A stretch of 57,739 nucleotides of DNA, taken from a virus. Position 1 is the first letter of the stretch; each line of letters starts with the position of its first letter. Below, in pieces: positions 27,309-37,594 of the stretch. The stretch lies in IMG/VR virus record IMGVR_UViG_3300029305_003605, one strand, 5' to 3'. Both the position numbers and the translations under genes were made by a program. The notes beneath the pieces are model-generated. The model made no database searches, was not told the origin of the DNA, and saw nothing but the letters and a program-made list of their open reading frames with translations.

Positions 27309-28925
27309 ATGGCAAATTACAGTATCGCATATTTACTTGAACTTAAAGACAGATTTTCGGCAATAGCCAGAAATATAGCCAGAAATAATGAGGCATTGAA
27401 ACGCACCTTTGACGGATTGGAAAAGTCTGTCAGAGTTGCGAATGTCGGCTTATATAAGGCACAGAAGTCATTAAAACATTTTGGGGAGAGTTGCAATAAT
27501 ATCGGTGGCAAGATAAAGGGTATTGGAAGTAATATGAAGGAAGTATCCGTAGCCGTGGGTGCAATTTTCTGGAAAAGTTTGAAAAGTTGGGAAACACAGG
27601 CAAGTGCGATAGCGACATTGGAGAATAACCTAAAAAGACGGCAGGAAAGTCTGGGGTACACTTCCGAACAGATACAAAAAATGGCAAGCGAAATGCAGGG
27701 TAAGAGCATTTTCGGAGATGAGAGCATAATTCAGAATGTTACAAATCAGTTGCTAACCTTTGATAAGGTCAATGGAGATACCTTCAAGAGAGCAAACCAA
27801 GCCGTGTTAGATATGACTTCAAAACTTTATGGAGTGAATGCAACGGCAGAGCAAATGCGACCTATTGCGTTATCCGTAGGGAAGGCATTACAAAATCCTG
27901 CAGAGGCAATGAACAGTTTAGGAAGGGTGGGTGTTAAATTCACCGAGCAACAGAGAAAAGCCGTGAAACAGTTAGTTGCCACAGGACAGAGTGCAAAGGC
28001 ACAGGAGTTCATATTACGAAGTCTGGAAAAACAATATAATGGAAGTGCAGAGGCACTCGGAAATACGCAACCGTTAAAGCAACTTGCAAACGCATTTGAC
28101 GATATGCTTGAACCTCTCGGACAAATAGTACAGGAATTTTTAATACCACTTGTAAAAGTTGCTACAAGTGCTATTGGAGTATTTAATAACTTCCCGAAAC
28201 CGATTAAGACCACGATTGTAACCATAATGGGATTGATAGCGATTGCAAGTCCTCTCCTTATGGTAATTGGAAGTGTAATACAGGCGGTGGGTACAATAGC
28301 CACAGTAGGAAGTACAGTTCTGGGGGTAATTAGAGGTTGGCAGATTGCAACGAAGGTTATGACGGCAGTACAATGGGCGATGAATGCGTCATTGTATGGC
28401 TGTCCTGTTGTTTGGATAATCGCAGGAATTATTGCAATAATTGCTATAATAGTCCTTTTGGTAAAACATTGGGATAAAGTTGTGGCATATTTGAAGTTTG
28501 TTTGGGATTTTTGGGTAGGAGTATTCAAAAATATCTGGGCATTTATGCAGGAATTTGTCGCAGGAATAGTACAGAAGTTTGCAACGATTTGGGATACCGT
28601 AAAGAGTGTATTTAGTGCGGTAAAAGAGTTTATTAAGCAGAATTTCATAAATATTTTACTCACGGCACTCGGTCCAATAGGACTTATCATACAGGGAATA
28701 ATGAAAGTAAAAGACCTTATAGGACAAATCGGCAATGAGAGTGCAGATATTAAGGTAGAAAAGCAGATAACGGCTCAAGACGCAACCAATAAAAACTCGG
28801 TTGATGTCAATGGTAAGATTGAAGTATCCGCTACAAACGGCAGTAAGGTTAATAAAACATCAAGTAAAACTACAAGTAAGGCAAAAGGTAAAGTCGGATT
28901 TAATCTGGCAAAAGCAGGAGCATAG
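27309..28925 (+). CDS. tape measure protein
   Basis: 538 aa, helical N-terminus and a long central hydrophobic block. Positioned after the chaperone. Confidence 0.75.
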   Translation: MANYSIAYLLELKDRFSAIARNIARNNEALKRTFDGLEKSVRVANVGLYKAQKSLKHFGESCNNIGGKIKGIGSNMKEVSVAVGAIFWKSLKSWETQASAIATLENNLKRRQESLGYTSEQIQKMASEMQGKSIFGDESIIQNVTNQLLTFDKVNGDTFKRANQAVLDMTSKLYGVNATAEQMRPIALSVGKALQNPAEAMNSLGRVGVKFTEQQRKAVKQLVATGQSAKAQEFILRSLEKQYNGSAEALGNTQPLKQLANAFDDMLEPLGQIVQEFLIPLVKVATSAIGVFNNFPKPIKTTIVTIMGLIAIASPLLMVIGSVIQAVGTIATVGSTVLGVIRGWQIATKVMTAVQWAMNASLYGCPVVWIIAGIIAIIAIIVLLVKHWDKVVAYLKFVWDFWVGVFKNIWAFMQEFVAGIVQKFATIWDTVKSVFSAVKEFIKQNFINILLTALGPIGLIIQGIMKVKDLIGQIGNESADIKVEKQITAQDATNKNSVDVNGKIEVSATNGSKVNKTSSKTTSKAKGKVGFNLAKAGA

Positions 28926-28931
28926 AGGCAA

Positions 28932-30146
28932 ATGAGCATATATGAGAGAATACGAAAAGGCAGTTACAGGGGTGCGGAATTTGATATTATCAATGTTGGC
29001 AGAACGAGGGTAAAAAAGAATACCGAACACCAGTACGCAAATAGTGTACGCAGATATATTGAGGAGAGGGGGGTGCAAAATCAAGATTTCACCGTAACAC
29101 TCTCCATATTTGGCAGTAATGAAGATTATTTTGAGAAAAGAGATGCACTCCGTACGGCATTAGAGGCAGAAGGTGAGGGAGTGTTGGTGCTACCGATTGA
29201 GGGAGAGTTCAATGTAAAATGCACGGAATTTTCAGATAGTCAAAACCTTTTAGAAACTTTGGGTAGGTGCGATTTTACCTGCACTTTTAAGGTAGTATCA
29301 GAGAATGAAAAGGCAGGAAATCCTGTCGCAATAAAGAATGGAAAAATCAGCCTCGCAAATAATGTTAAGAGTTTGAGGAGCAGAATTGCGAGTGTGGTTA
29401 ATAATAATGTTGTGATTAGCAATGCGTTGAGTTACAGTAGTTCTCTCACGAAGTACACAGGATTTGCCAGAAGAATGGCAAGTCTTGCGACAGGTGCAAC
29501 GAATGGAGCAGGATTGGGAAGTCTTGTAAGTAATTTTTCAGACGCAATGGCAACATTATTGGGCAACCCTGTATTATTAGGGAGTGCCGTCAATTCTGTT
29601 TTCAATCAATTTGAGGCAGTTTTTGATGTCGCAAATGTTCTGTTCTCCTCATCAGAAACCTTATTTGCGTTCGGGGATACGGATAAAAAATCCGTGTCCT
29701 TGAATACTCCCCAGAAGATAGAAATGGCAAAAAATCAACAGGTGGGTAATGCACAGGTGCAGATGAACGCAGTAGGAATTGCGTCTAACGCATTTGCACA
29801 AATGGAGTTTGAGAATGAGCAGGACTTGCAGGAGAAGGCAGACATCTTGACGGCACAGTTGGATAAAATTGAGCAATCGGACTTTATGAAAAATCCAGAG
29901 ATTGAGGGAGTTGCGGACATTGCATATTACCTTAAAGAGATGAGGAATGACCTCGCAGATGTAATTGCAGAAAAGCAGGCAGATGTGCCAAAAATCACCC
30001 AGATTAGACCTAAAGAGGCAAGTGTAACGATGATTGCATATCGCTTGTACGATAATTTGGATAAAACAGAAGGATTGATAGCATTGAATGACATACTCAA
30101 TCCAAAGAGTATTGAAGGCGATATGAAGGTGTATAGCAATGGCTGA
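28932..30146 (+). CDS. Mu gp43-like DNA circulation/baseplate hub-associated protein
   Basis: N-terminal SYRGAEFDII...GRTRVKKNTEHQY resembles the DNA_circ_N pattern. Confidence 0.6.
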   Translation: MSIYERIRKGSYRGAEFDIINVGRTRVKKNTEHQYANSVRRYIEERGVQNQDFTVTLSIFGSNEDYFEKRDALRTALEAEGEGVLVLPIEGEFNVKCTEFSDSQNLLETLGRCDFTCTFKVVSENEKAGNPVAIKNGKISLANNVKSLRSRIASVVNNNVVISNALSYSSSLTKYTGFARRMASLATGATNGAGLGSLVSNFSDAMATLLGNPVLLGSAVNSVFNQFEAVFDVANVLFSSSETLFAFGDTDKKSVSLNTPQKIEMAKNQQVGNAQVQMNAVGIASNAFAQMEFENEQDLQEKADILTAQLDKIEQSDFMKNPEIEGVADIAYYLKEMRNDLADVIAEKQADVPKITQIRPKEASVTMIAYRLYDNLDKTEGLIALNDILNPKSIEGDMKVYSNG

Positions 30147-31320
30147 TAATGAAGTAGTTATAGAGATAAACGGAAACAATCTCACGGACTTTATAAACGG
30201 CTCTGTGGATATAAAATTTGACCAATTTTGCAATAGTTTTAGTTTTAAGACTACGAAGGATTTAGGCAAAGAGTATAATATCTTCCCAGAAGATGAGTGC
30301 AAAATTCTCATCAATGGGAAGGTAGCATTAACAGGGATAATTGACACGGTTAGTCCAAGTGAAGATCCAAGTGAGAGTACTGTTGATGTTACAGGGAGAG
30401 ATAAGACCAGAGATGTTGTGGATAGCGATTTGCCAGAGGCGATAAATTTGTCTGGCGAATTTACTTTGGAAACGGTGATACAGAAGGTACTCACGGCATT
30501 ACAATTAGACGGAGATATAAAAGTCGTCAATAAGTTGGGAGATGAATTACGCAGTTTTACGCAGGCGGATATAGTATCAGCAGAAGTTGATAAAAATGCG
30601 TTTGACTTCATCAATGAGTATGCTCAAAAGGTATCGGCAATCCTTATCACAGACGCAGAGGGCAATATTGTTATCACCAGAGCAGGAGAGGAGAAATACC
30701 CAGATAAACTCGTAAATATTTTGGGAGAAGGTTCGGAAGATAACAATATAATAACTTCATCGGCAGGGTACGACTATTCAAACAGATATTACAAATATAT
30801 CGTATATTCCCAGAGCAACGCAAATACGAGTACGCAGAATGTGAGTATTAGTAATGTTGCACAAAAGGGGTACGCAATAGATGATGAGATAAGACCGAGC
30901 AGGGTAATGGTGCAGAAGGCAAATAATGCGTGCAGTAGTGAAGTTTGCACAGAGATTGCGACATTAGAGGCAAATATCCGCAGGGCAAACAGTTTGAGAT
31001 ATAGTTGTGATGTTTATGGATACGAAACGAATGACGGCAATTTATGGCAGGTGAACAAACTTATTGAGGTATATGATGAGGATTGCGAAATTGCAAGTGA
31101 ATTGCTGATTAAGGGAGTATCATTTAATCTGGGAGAGGGTGCGGTAACTACATTGGAATTTGCATTAGCAGACGCATACACCTTGCAGGCAAGTCTTGAC
31201 GAAGTGGACGGCAGGACAAATAAAACAAAAACGGCTAAAAAGAAGTCTGGCGGTAGCAAGAAAAAATCGTCAGACAAAACAATGTCAGACGCAGAGATAG
31301 ATAAAATATTAGGATTTTAG
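30139..31320 (+). CDS. Mu gp44 (gpP)/late control D-like baseplate hub protein
   Basis: 393 aa, called from synteny within the Mu-like baseplate block. Confidence 0.5.
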   Translation: MADNEVVIEINGNNLTDFINGSVDIKFDQFCNSFSFKTTKDLGKEYNIFPEDECKILINGKVALTGIIDTVSPSEDPSESTVDVTGRDKTRDVVDSDLPEAINLSGEFTLETVIQKVLTALQLDGDIKVVNKLGDELRSFTQADIVSAEVDKNAFDFINEYAQKVSAILITDAEGNIVITRAGEEKYPDKLVNILGEGSEDNNIITSSAGYDYSNRYYKYIVYSQSNANTSTQNVSISNVAQKGYAIDDEIRPSRVMVQKANNACSSEVCTEIATLEANIRRANSLRYSCDVYGYETNDGNLWQVNKLIEVYDEDCEIASELLIKGVSFNLGEGAVTTLEFALADAYTLQASLDEVDGRTNKTKTAKKKSGGSKKKSSDKTMSDAEIDKILGF

Positions 31321-31335
31321 AGGCAGAAGGACAAA

Positions 31336-31941
31336 ATGGGAACAGAAAACACAGTAAAACTCGCAATAAAAGCAATGGGAATTGAGGACACAACTCCAAC
31401 AGATAACGGAGAGAATAAAAACCCGATTCAACAAATGCAAATACAAACTTATGACGCAGTAAAACAATGCGGAAAACTCGGACATTACGGCTATTATGGT
31501 AATGCTCCGAAAAACTCATTGGTAGTGGTAATACAGGCAAACGGACAGGAAGAATGTTTGTATGGTGCAGAAGACGATGTTAATAACAGACCTCGTGGAC
31601 TAAAAGAGGGGGAAGTTATGGTGTATAACACTCTCACCAAAAATTACATATATCTTGATGAGGAAGGCAATACGAGGGTATATGCTAAAAAGGATATGAA
31701 ATTGAAGGTTGAGGGAGCAGTAAGTATCACGGTAGTTGGAAATGCAGATATTACCTGCCCACAGAGTACATTGAACGGTAATGCCATTGTTAATGGAGAT
31801 ACCACAATGAACGGTAATCTCACGGTAACAGGAAATACCAGAGTAGAAGGCACAATGTCAGCAGGAGTTGTTAAGGCAGATAACGGTGCAACAGGTAGTG
31901 GCGATGTCGTAACCTATGCAGACGGCATTGTAACAGGGTAG
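31336..31941 (+). CDS. baseplate spike/assembly protein V (Mu gp45-like)
   Basis: GEVMVYN...VEGAVSITVVGNADI...GNLTVTGNTRVEG is a beta-helical repeat pattern. Confidence 0.55.
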   Translation: MGTENTVKLAIKAMGIEDTTPTDNGENKNPIQQMQIQTYDAVKQCGKLGHYGYYGNAPKNSLVVVIQANGQEECLYGAEDDVNNRPRGLKEGEVMVYNTLTKNYIYLDEEGNTRVYAKKDMKLKVEGAVSITVVGNADITCPQSTLNGNAIVNGDTTMNGNLTVTGNTRVEGTMSAGVVKADNGATGSGDVVTYADGIVTG

Positions 31942-31978
31942 AGAGCAGAATAACGAGAGGTTATGGTAAAATAAAATT

Positions 31979-32461
31979 ATGGATACTATTTTAACGAATG
32001 ATAAAAACCTATTTACAGATATTGAACTCCTTTATCGTGAGGAGAAGGGATACTACGACCTCGCAATCACAAGTACAGGGGATTTGAAAGCAGATAATTC
32101 CTTTGACACAGGGGTAAATTTGGCATTATTCACAGACGGCAGAGCAGACAAAAGTGAGGTAAGCAACCCAGAAGACCAGAGGGGTACAATCGTAGATATG
32201 TTCACAAACGGATATAGGAACGGCAGTAAACTCTGGTTATTAGAGCAAAGCAGATTAGACGCAGGAGCAGTAAACAGGGCGATTGATTATGCAAAAAATG
32301 CACTCAAATACTTCGTAGATTTGTCATTGGTGCAAAAAATTTCGGTGGACGGCTACCTAACATCAAAGGGAGTAGTCCTCGTAATTGTCGTAAAAGGATT
32401 GAATGGCACTATTGATAAATATAAATACGAAGCGTGGAGTAATAGTATATACAAACAATAA
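31979..32461 (+). CDS. GP46-family baseplate protein (Mu gp46-like)
   Basis: LALFTDGRADK...RG...GSKLWLLEQSRL...AIDYAKNAL matches the GP46 family pattern. Confidence 0.7.
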   Translation: MDTILTNDKNLFTDIELLYREEKGYYDLAITSTGDLKADNSFDTGVNLALFTDGRADKSEVSNPEDQRGTIVDMFTNGYRNGSKLWLLEQSRLDAGAVNRAIDYAKNALKYFVDLSLVQKISVDGYLTSKGVVLVIVVKGLNGTIDKYKYEAWSNSIYKQ

Positions 32462-32479
32462 AGCAGGGAGAACAGGAAA

Positions 32480-33796
32480 ATGGCATTTAATCCACCGAGC
32501 ATAGAAGAAATTATTGACAGGGAGAAAACCTATATTAAGGAAGTTTTGAAAAGTCTTAATCCGACAGATCAAAACGCATTTTTGTATAGTTTGCTTGTGG
32601 CAATGGCAAATTTGAGCAACGATAACAATATGCAGTTAAAGATAGATATTATACCAAACTCATTTGTAACTACTTGTAAGACAGAAGACGCATTGCAACC
32701 ATTTGCGGACATAAAAAGTGTACCAAAAAATTTGGCAACTGTTAGTAGTGGGAAGGCAGTAATTAGCGGTATTGCAGGCACGGTAATACCGATAGGTACA
32801 AACTTTTTGGCAAATGATGTAAAATACAGGCAGACGGCAACAGTAGAAATTGCAGAGCAGAGCATTGGTATTAGCAATATCTCCGCAAATGGCAGAACAG
32901 TAACCGTAACAACGGTGAGTGAACATAATTTTGCGAGCAACATACCAATAACAATTTCGGGGTGCAACACAGAGGCATTTAACGGCACATTTAACACGGT
33001 TACGGTAACAGGATTAACAACATTCACCTACACAATAGAAAACTCCGTCACGGCTACGGAAAGTAGCGGAGATTTAATTGCAAGTGCAACTATTGCAGTA
33101 TTAAATTTAAGAAGTCAGACATACGGACAGATAACAAACTTGAAAAATGGCGATAGTTTGGCTATTGAAGGACAGATTGCAGGGGTGAATAATAACGCAT
33201 ACACAATGTTTAGCGGAATTTCTGGCGGTGCTGATGATGAGGCATTTGAGGAATGGAAAAAGAGAGTTGTGTATAGATTTCAACACCCTATAACCTACTT
33301 CAATGTAGCGAATATAAAGACGGCAGTATTAGCAATTTCGGGGAATACTAGATGTTGGGTGAAGGAATGCACACCGAATGTTGGGCAGGTAACAGTATAT
33401 TTCGTTAGGGATAATGACGCAGATATACTCCCAGACAGTAACGAGATTGCAAAAGCAAAAGAGGCGGTAGAGGCATTACGCACGGTTAAGGATAGCAATT
33501 CAGATGTATTTGTATATGCACCGACATCAAAGGTGGTAAATTTCAACATCAGTAATGTTGTACCAAACACGGCAACAATGAAGACGGCTATTGAGAATAA
33601 TATTAAACAATTCTTTGACGATAATGTTGATTTAGAGGCAACATTAAGTCTGGAGAAAATCAAATCGGCTATACAGAGCAGTTTTGATTTAGAAACAGGC
33701 AAACAGTTGGATACATACACTTTGAATACTCCAAGTGCAGATATTGTTTGCGGTACAGGTGAATTACCTGTTTTGGGTACAATAACCTTTTCGTAG
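32480..33796 (+). CDS. baseplate J-like protein (Mu gp47-like)
   Basis: 438 aa between the gp46-like and gp48-like genes. Confidence 0.6.
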   Translation: MAFNPPSIEEIIDREKTYIKEVLKSLNPTDQNAFLYSLLVAMANLSNDNNMQLKIDIIPNSFVTTCKTEDALQPFADIKSVPKNLATVSSGKAVISGIAGTVIPIGTNFLANDVKYRQTATVEIAEQSIGISNISANGRTVTVTTVSEHNFASNIPITISGCNTEAFNGTFNTVTVTGLTTFTYTIENSVTATESSGDLIASATIAVLNLRSQTYGQITNLKNGDSLAIEGQIAGVNNNAYTMFSGISGGADDEAFEEWKKRVVYRFQHPITYFNVANIKTAVLAISGNTRCWVKECTPNVGQVTVYFVRDNDADILPDSNEIAKAKEAVEALRTVKDSNSDVFVYAPTSKVVNFNISNVVPNTATMKTAIENNIKQFFDDNVDLEATLSLEKIKSAIQSSFDLETGKQLDTYTLNTPSADIVCGTGELPVLGTITFS

Positions 33797-33805
33797 GCAC
33801 AGGGA

Positions 33806-34423
33806 ATGGGGAGAACAAAGCAGATGATAGAAACAGGAAAAATAACATCACAGGCAGATTTGTTGGCAAGATATTTACCAGACGGAAAAGCGTGGAATGC
33901 AAAATTTATTGAAGAAAGTAATTTGCGAAAACTTTTGAAAGGTCTGGGGAAGGAATTTAGCAATATAGAGGAGCAAAATGAGTGGTTGAGGAGAGAGTTA
34001 AACATCTTCACCACTTATGACTTGTTGCCAGAGTGGGAGAAACACTACGGAATACCAGACGATGAGGGAGTATTCACGGTAGAAGGGAAGACCATTGAAG
34101 AACGCAGATTAAACCTGTATATTAAAGAGTTAATGGACGGAGCGGATAAGGCAGAGGATTGGGAGAGAATTGCAAGTCTTTTCGGATTTAAGTGTAAAGT
34201 ATATCCTGCCATTGAGGTTAGCAGATTTCCGCTAACATTCCCGATATTATTCACAGAAAATCCAAGTTATACTATAATCGTAGATTTATATGATGTATTA
34301 CCGCCTGCGGAATTTCCGTTGGTATTCCCTGTATATTTCGGGGAATATACGGCAAGTTTTATTAAGAAGGTATTTAACATCATAAAACCTGCGGATTGTA
34401 CTATAATGTATAATTATCTATAG
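33806..34423 (+). CDS. Mu gp48/DUF2313 (YmfQ-like) tail protein
   Basis: LLARYLPDGKAWNAK...LLPEWEKHYGIP is the family signature. Confidence 0.7.
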   Translation: MGRTKQMIETGKITSQADLLARYLPDGKAWNAKFIEESNLRKLLKGLGKEFSNIEEQNEWLRRELNIFTTYDLLPEWEKHYGIPDDEGVFTVEGKTIEERRLNLYIKELMDGADKAEDWERIASLFGFKCKVYPAIEVSRFPLTFPILFTENPSYTIIVDLYDVLPPAEFPLVFPVYFGEYTASFIKKVFNIIKPADCTIMYNYL

Positions 34424-34466
34424 AACAGAGCGACAGAAAAGGTAAAGGTAAAGGAGAAAATCAAAA

Positions 34467-35936
34467 ATGGACATCGTTTCAAAAAGCACAGGTGATACCC
34501 TTTCGGCTAATGAGTTCAACCAAATTCCTAACGAATTGGAAGGACTTATCGCAAAAGGCGGATTAACACCAGACGACACAGACCTCACCCAAGTAGCAAA
34601 GGCAGTAAGCCAGATTGTTGCAGACGGTGATTTTTACACAACAGGGGGTACGGCAGACGCAATAACACTTTCGGCAGTATCACCGAGAATAGCACCTACC
34701 GTGCTAACAAACGGATTAAAGGCAAGATTTATTAGTGCGTCAGATAACACAGGAGCAGTTACAGTAAATCTTGGGGGATTGGGTGCAAAAACTGTTTACA
34801 AAAGAGGAGCAAACCTCGTAGCAGGAGATATTAAAGCAGGCGGAATATACGAATTAGTGTATATCTCCGCAAATTCAGCATTTGAGATTACACAATTTTT
34901 ACCAGATGTTGAAGAGGCAGATCCAAAAGACTTTCGTGTTAGCCAGAAGGATTTCATACAGGCATACGATAAAGACACTCTTGTTATAAAGGCAAATACC
35001 GTAATCACATTACAGGTAACAGGAGAAGATGAGCCGAGAATTTACAGAGCAAATCAAGATACTACATACGATTTGGCAAGTATTCTTGACACAGGTAGTG
35101 TTGCAGTTGGTACAGATTATTACATCTATCTTGTTGCAGGAAGTGGTAGCACGGTTAATGTTGTTGCCTCAACAAATAGCACATATCCGACAGGATATAC
35201 GGCAAACAATTCTCGTAAAATTGGCGGTTGCCACACATTATGTGTTTCGGTAACATCTGCAAATGCTCCTGCACTTGTAGATACAAACATTTGGAGTACC
35301 CACCCTGCTATTGGATATAACGCAGGAGATATTATTCCGAACTCTGTTTGGTGTTTAACTCACAGACCATTATCAGAGCCGAACGGAATGGTATATATTG
35401 ATAAGATTGATATGTGGGTAGATATTTACCTACAATCTGGTACAAACCTCACGGCAGGTAGTGTTTACGGTGCAACAATGACAAACTCACGCACTCAACA
35501 ACAACATCAATGGGATATGGAATTGCAGAATAAGAAATTGGCAACGGATAATGACTTCACAGTATTTGCAGAAGGAAGTAACCAAAAAACTGCGGTCAAA
35601 GGTTCTGCACAGCCAAACCCATTTAATGCAGGTGGACATTTAGACACGGCAAATAAGAGAATGATTAGTGGATATTTCGTAGAAGAATGTTGCGGACTTA
35701 TTTGGCAATGGCTTGACGAGTGTTCTGCTAATGGTGGCAGTAACTTCTCAACCTATGACGGAGAAGGTACAAGAGGTCAAACATACGGCAGTTCTTATTG
35801 CTTGCTTGCGGGCGGTCCTTGGGATCACTCCTCGTCTTGCGGTTCTCGTTGTCGGACTGGTCATAGTGTTCGCTCGTCTGTGTTTGCGGCTCACGGTGCT
35901 CGTGGGGTGAGCCGACCTAAAATCTTGAATGTGTAG
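34467..35936 (+). CDS. tail fibre / receptor-binding protein, DGR target (C-terminal CLec-like variable domain)
   Basis: 489 aa directly after the baseplate genes. The last ~45 codons contain the VR. The C-terminus is Cys/Gly/Trp-rich (CCGLIWQWLDE...LLAGGPW...). Confidence 0.8.
   Translation: MDIVSKSTGDTLSANEFNQIPNELEGLIAKGGLTPDDTDLTQVAKAVSQIVADGDFYTTGGTADAITLSAVSPRIAPTVLTNGLKARFISASDNTGAVTVNLGGLGAKTVYKRGANLVAGDIKAGGIYELVYISANSAFEITQFLPDVEEADPKDFRVSQKDFIQAYDKDTLVIKANTVITLQVTGEDEPRIYRANQDTTYDLASILDTGSVAVGTDYYIYLVAGSGSTVNVVASTNSTYPTGYTANNSRKIGGCHTLCVSVTSANAPALVDTNIWSTHPAIGYNAGDIIPNSVWCLTHRPLSEPNGMVYIDKIDMWVDIYLQSGTNLTAGSVYGATMTNSRTQQQHQWDMELQNKKLATDNDFTVFAEGSNQKTAVKGSAQPNPFNAGGHLDTANKRMISGYFVEECCGLIWQWLDECSANGGSNFSTYDGEGTRGQTYGSSYCLLAGGPWDHSSSCGSRCRTGHSVRSSVFAAHGARGVSRPKILNV
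35800..35910 (+). repeat. DGR variable repeat (VR)
   Basis: 111 bp aligning without gaps to 36198..36308. It has 92 identities and 19 mismatches, all opposite TR adenines. Confidence 0.9.
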
Positions 35937-36496
35937 TTTTGTAACAATTTCACAAACACAAACACAAAGCAAGATACAAAGAAAAATTAAGTGGTACGCA
36001 AGTGCGAAGGGGGAGCAGTACGGAGCAAGCGAAGACAACGGTGCGGAGTACATCTGCACAAAGGGGCGGAATATCCGTCAATCGCAAATCCTGTGAAGGC
36101 ACACCGTATGCAAACCTTTCGTGATTACCACTTGATAACACCAGACGGCAGAAATGTCGTAGGGGGTTATAGGTTGAAAGTTACAAAGTTCACAGGCACT
36201 TGCTTGCAGGCGGTAATTGGAATAACTCATCGTCTTGCAGTTCTCGTTGTCGGAATGGTAATAATGTTCGCTCGAATGTGAATGCGAATAACGGTGCTCG
36301 TGAGGTGATATGGGGTGCAGTACCCGACTTTTTTCGGCTACTTCAAAAAAACTCAAAGGGAAGTAACTCCATCTGAATTTTCAACCCTGTCTATAATAAC
36401 CATAAAAGGCAAAATACGAAACGGAGTGAGTGTCTTGTTGGTAGGGAGTGTAACAATTCCCGAAGATGAGGCACTCTTGATATATGGAGAAAAGAA
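35937..36496 (+). ncRNA. Putative DGR template RNA region (TR plus GC-rich non-coding flanks/spacer)
   Basis: No credible ORF. Visibly more G+C-rich than the surrounding genome, and it contains the TR. By analogy with the Bordetella phage DGR RNA (upstream sequence-TR-spacer). Confidence 0.4.
36198..36308 (+). repeat. DGR template repeat (TR)
   Basis: Invariant copy. In the VR frame it is rich in AAT/AAC codons (LLAGGNWNNSSSCSSRCRNGNNVRSNVNANNGARE). It contains 26 adenines, 19 of which are substituted in the VR. Confidence 0.9.
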
Positions 36497-37594
36497 TTGG
36501 TAAAAAGACACGGCAACCTGTGGGAGCAGGTTATCAGCAAAGAGAATTTTTTATTAGCATATCAAAAGTCAAAGAAAGGCAAAGGGAATTTTGTAGCGGT
36601 ACAGAGATTTCAACATAATTGGGAAGAGAAGTTAGAGGCGGTAAGGCAACTGTTAATCACAAAGACTTTTCATACTGCACCGTATAATCGGAAGACGGTA
36701 TATGAGCCAAAAGAGAGGATAATATATGTACTCCCATACAAGCCAGACAGAATAGTGCAACACGCATTGATGAATATTTTAACACCGATTTTTGAGAGGT
36801 TATTTATCGCAGACAGTTATGCGTGTATTAAGTACAGAGGGCAACACAAAGGTAGTATGAGATGTATGGAATTTGTGAGAAGGAATAAATACTGTTTGAA
36901 GTGTGATATACGCAAATTTTACCCGAGCATAGACCAGAAGATATTATATGAGATGTTGGAGAGAGTTATTAAGGATAAAGATGTCCTGTGGCTACTCAAA
37001 GACATCGTATTTAGTTTTGAAGGGGGGAAGAATGTACCAATCGGCAATTTGACTTCCCAATGGTTCGGAAATTTTTACCTAACAAAAATGGATAGATTTA
37101 TTAAGCAGGAATTGAGGATAAAGGATTATGTTAGATATTGTGATGATTTTTGTTTATTTGGAAATGATAAAAAATATTTGCGAGAATGCAAAAGAAGAAT
37201 AGAGGAGTTTATCGGCAGAGAGTTGAAGTTGAAGTTTAGCAAAGCAGATGTATTCAACTGTAAGCAGGGAGTGGACTTCTTGGGGTATAGACATTTTGAT
37301 AATTACATACTCCTACGCAAGAGTACGGCAAAGAGAATTATACGCAGAATGGGGAAAGTCCAAAAAGAATTAGAATGTGGTATAATTACAGAAGAACAGT
37401 ACAGGTCAATTATAACATCAACTTATGGTTGGCTCAAACACGCAAATACTCACAATCTTCAAGTAAAATTACAACTCGGCAAACTTTTAGCAGAGATTAA
37501 ACAGAAGATTAGAGAGGAGCGAAAGATCAGAAAAGCAGAAAAAGAAAAACTTAAAAAACTGCAAGCAGAGGAGAAACAGGACAATGGACAATGA
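36497..37594 (+). CDS. DGR reverse transcriptase
   Basis: TTG start 7 nt after GGAG. N-terminal KRHGNLWEQV..., the IGNLTSQWFGNFYL ((I/L)GxxxSQ) motif and the RYCDDF catalytic box. 365 aa. Confidence 0.85.
   Translation: MVKRHGNLWEQVISKENFLLAYQKSKKGKGNFVAVQRFQHNWEEKLEAVRQLLITKTFHTAPYNRKTVYEPKERIIYVLPYKPDRIVQHALMNILTPIFERLFIADSYACIKYRGQHKGSMRCMEFVRRNKYCLKCDIRKFYPSIDQKILYEMLERVIKDKDVLWLLKDIVFSFEGGKNVPIGNLTSQWFGNFYLTKMDRFIKQELRIKDYVRYCDDFCLFGNDKKYLRECKRRIEEFIGRELKLKFSKADVFNCKQGVDFLGYRHFDNYILLRKSTAKRIIRRMGKVQKELECGIITEEQYRSIITSTYGWLKHANTHNLQVKLQLGKLLAEIKQKIREERKIRKAEKEKLKKLQAEEKQDNGQ

Noticed and set aside
27827-28735. 302-aa minus-strand ORF, and similar long antisense ORFs (29661..30614, 33295..34014, 24286..24801, 50695..51252)
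   Set aside because: All lie antisense to well-supported + strand genes. They have low-complexity Ser/Ile/Phe/Cys-rich translations typical of the reverse frame of AT-rich coding DNA. None has an SD or a promoter. I accept no minus-strand gene.
35898-35912. Short hairpin GCTC-N7-GAGC spanning the 3' VR boundary, considered as the target-recognition stem seen in Bordetella phage
   Set aside because: It has only 4 bp and is not extendable. That is too weak to call from sequence alone.
35991-36281. 96-aa GTG-initiated basic ORF between the fibre gene and the RT, considered as a possible Avd
   Set aside because: It has no SD. It runs through the TR in a different frame from the VR, so its C-terminal third is just an out-of-frame TR translation. 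It shows no Avd-like helical pattern. The region is treated as non-coding DGR RNA.
36315-36503. 62-aa ORF in the TR-RT spacer
   Set aside because: It has no SD and no motif, and it lies in the region expected to be the DGR RNA spacer. It ends inside the RT initiation region.
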